Assembly: GCA_950097015.1 (NCBI GenBank)
Contig: CATNEN010000039.1
Location: 9,858,001 to 9,922,000, forward strand
DNA: 64,000 bases
Source: Macrostomum hystrix
Lineage: Eukaryota > Animalia > Platyhelminthes
Reading direction: 5' to 3'
Below the pieces are notes generated by a model. That model searched no databases and had not been told where the DNA came from. It saw only the letters and a list, made by a program, of their open reading frames with translations. This document shows, one piece after another, positions 63,758-64,000 of the stretch (within the stretch, counting starts at the first letter, position 1; each line of letters opens with the position of its first letter). Made by a program: the position numbers and the translations under genes.

Positions 63758-64000
63758 TGGATTGGATTGAATTTGGTTGGATTGGATTAGGTTGGATTGG
63801 ATTAGATTGGATTGTATAGGATTGGACTGAATAGGATTAGATTGGATTGAATAGGATTGGATTGGATTGGATTGGATTGGAGTGGATTGGATAGGATAGG
63901 ATTGGATAGGATAGGCTTGGATAGGATTGGATTGAATAGGATTTGGTTGGTTTTGATTAGATTGGATAGGATTTGATTGGATTGGATTTGATTGGATTGG
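63758..64000. repeat. (ATTGG)n / (CCAAT)n microsatellite in an NDUFAF5 intron
   Basis: Degenerate pentamer repeat running to the window end. Confidence 0.95.

Overview
Gene-dense eukaryotic (metazoan) genomic window: GC-rich exons, GT-AG introns, AT-rich intergenic DNA, and a different minisatellite in most long introns. The style suggests a free-living flatworm such as Macrostomum (inference, not verified). Gene models were built by hand. Plus strand: AP-1 gamma adaptin and a Q-rich 4xC2H2 zinc-finger gene. Minus strand: a truncated secreted-protein ORF, an intronless cytochrome P450, RNF8-like (FHA-coiled coil-RING plus a C-terminal zinc knuckle), SDHB, CEP162-like, an intronless secreted sphingomyelinase D/PLD toxin-like gene, taspase-1 and the last exon of NDUFAF5. 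Mobile DNA: tRNA-derived SINEs, three hAT elements with 8-bp TSDs, a MULE-like MITE, an inverted pair of GGG...CCC MITEs at TA sites, a 41-bp micro-MITE and a MADF pseudogene. Main observations: (1) AP1G1 and TASP1 have no in-frame ATG in the first identifiable coding exon but open at a phase-0 splice acceptor, as expected if the flatworm spliced leader donates the AUG; NDUFAF5-TASP1 looks like an operon. (2) About 18 TA-GG(G)CC(CCC)-TA motifs cluster at the 5' regions of housekeeping genes; three are demonstrably insertions at TA sites, and they match the ends of an adjacent MITE family, i.e. probable transposon excision footprints. (3) A spider-toxin-like SMase D with a 10-Cys tail. (4) A stop-free in-frame intron placed right after the taspase catalytic Thr.
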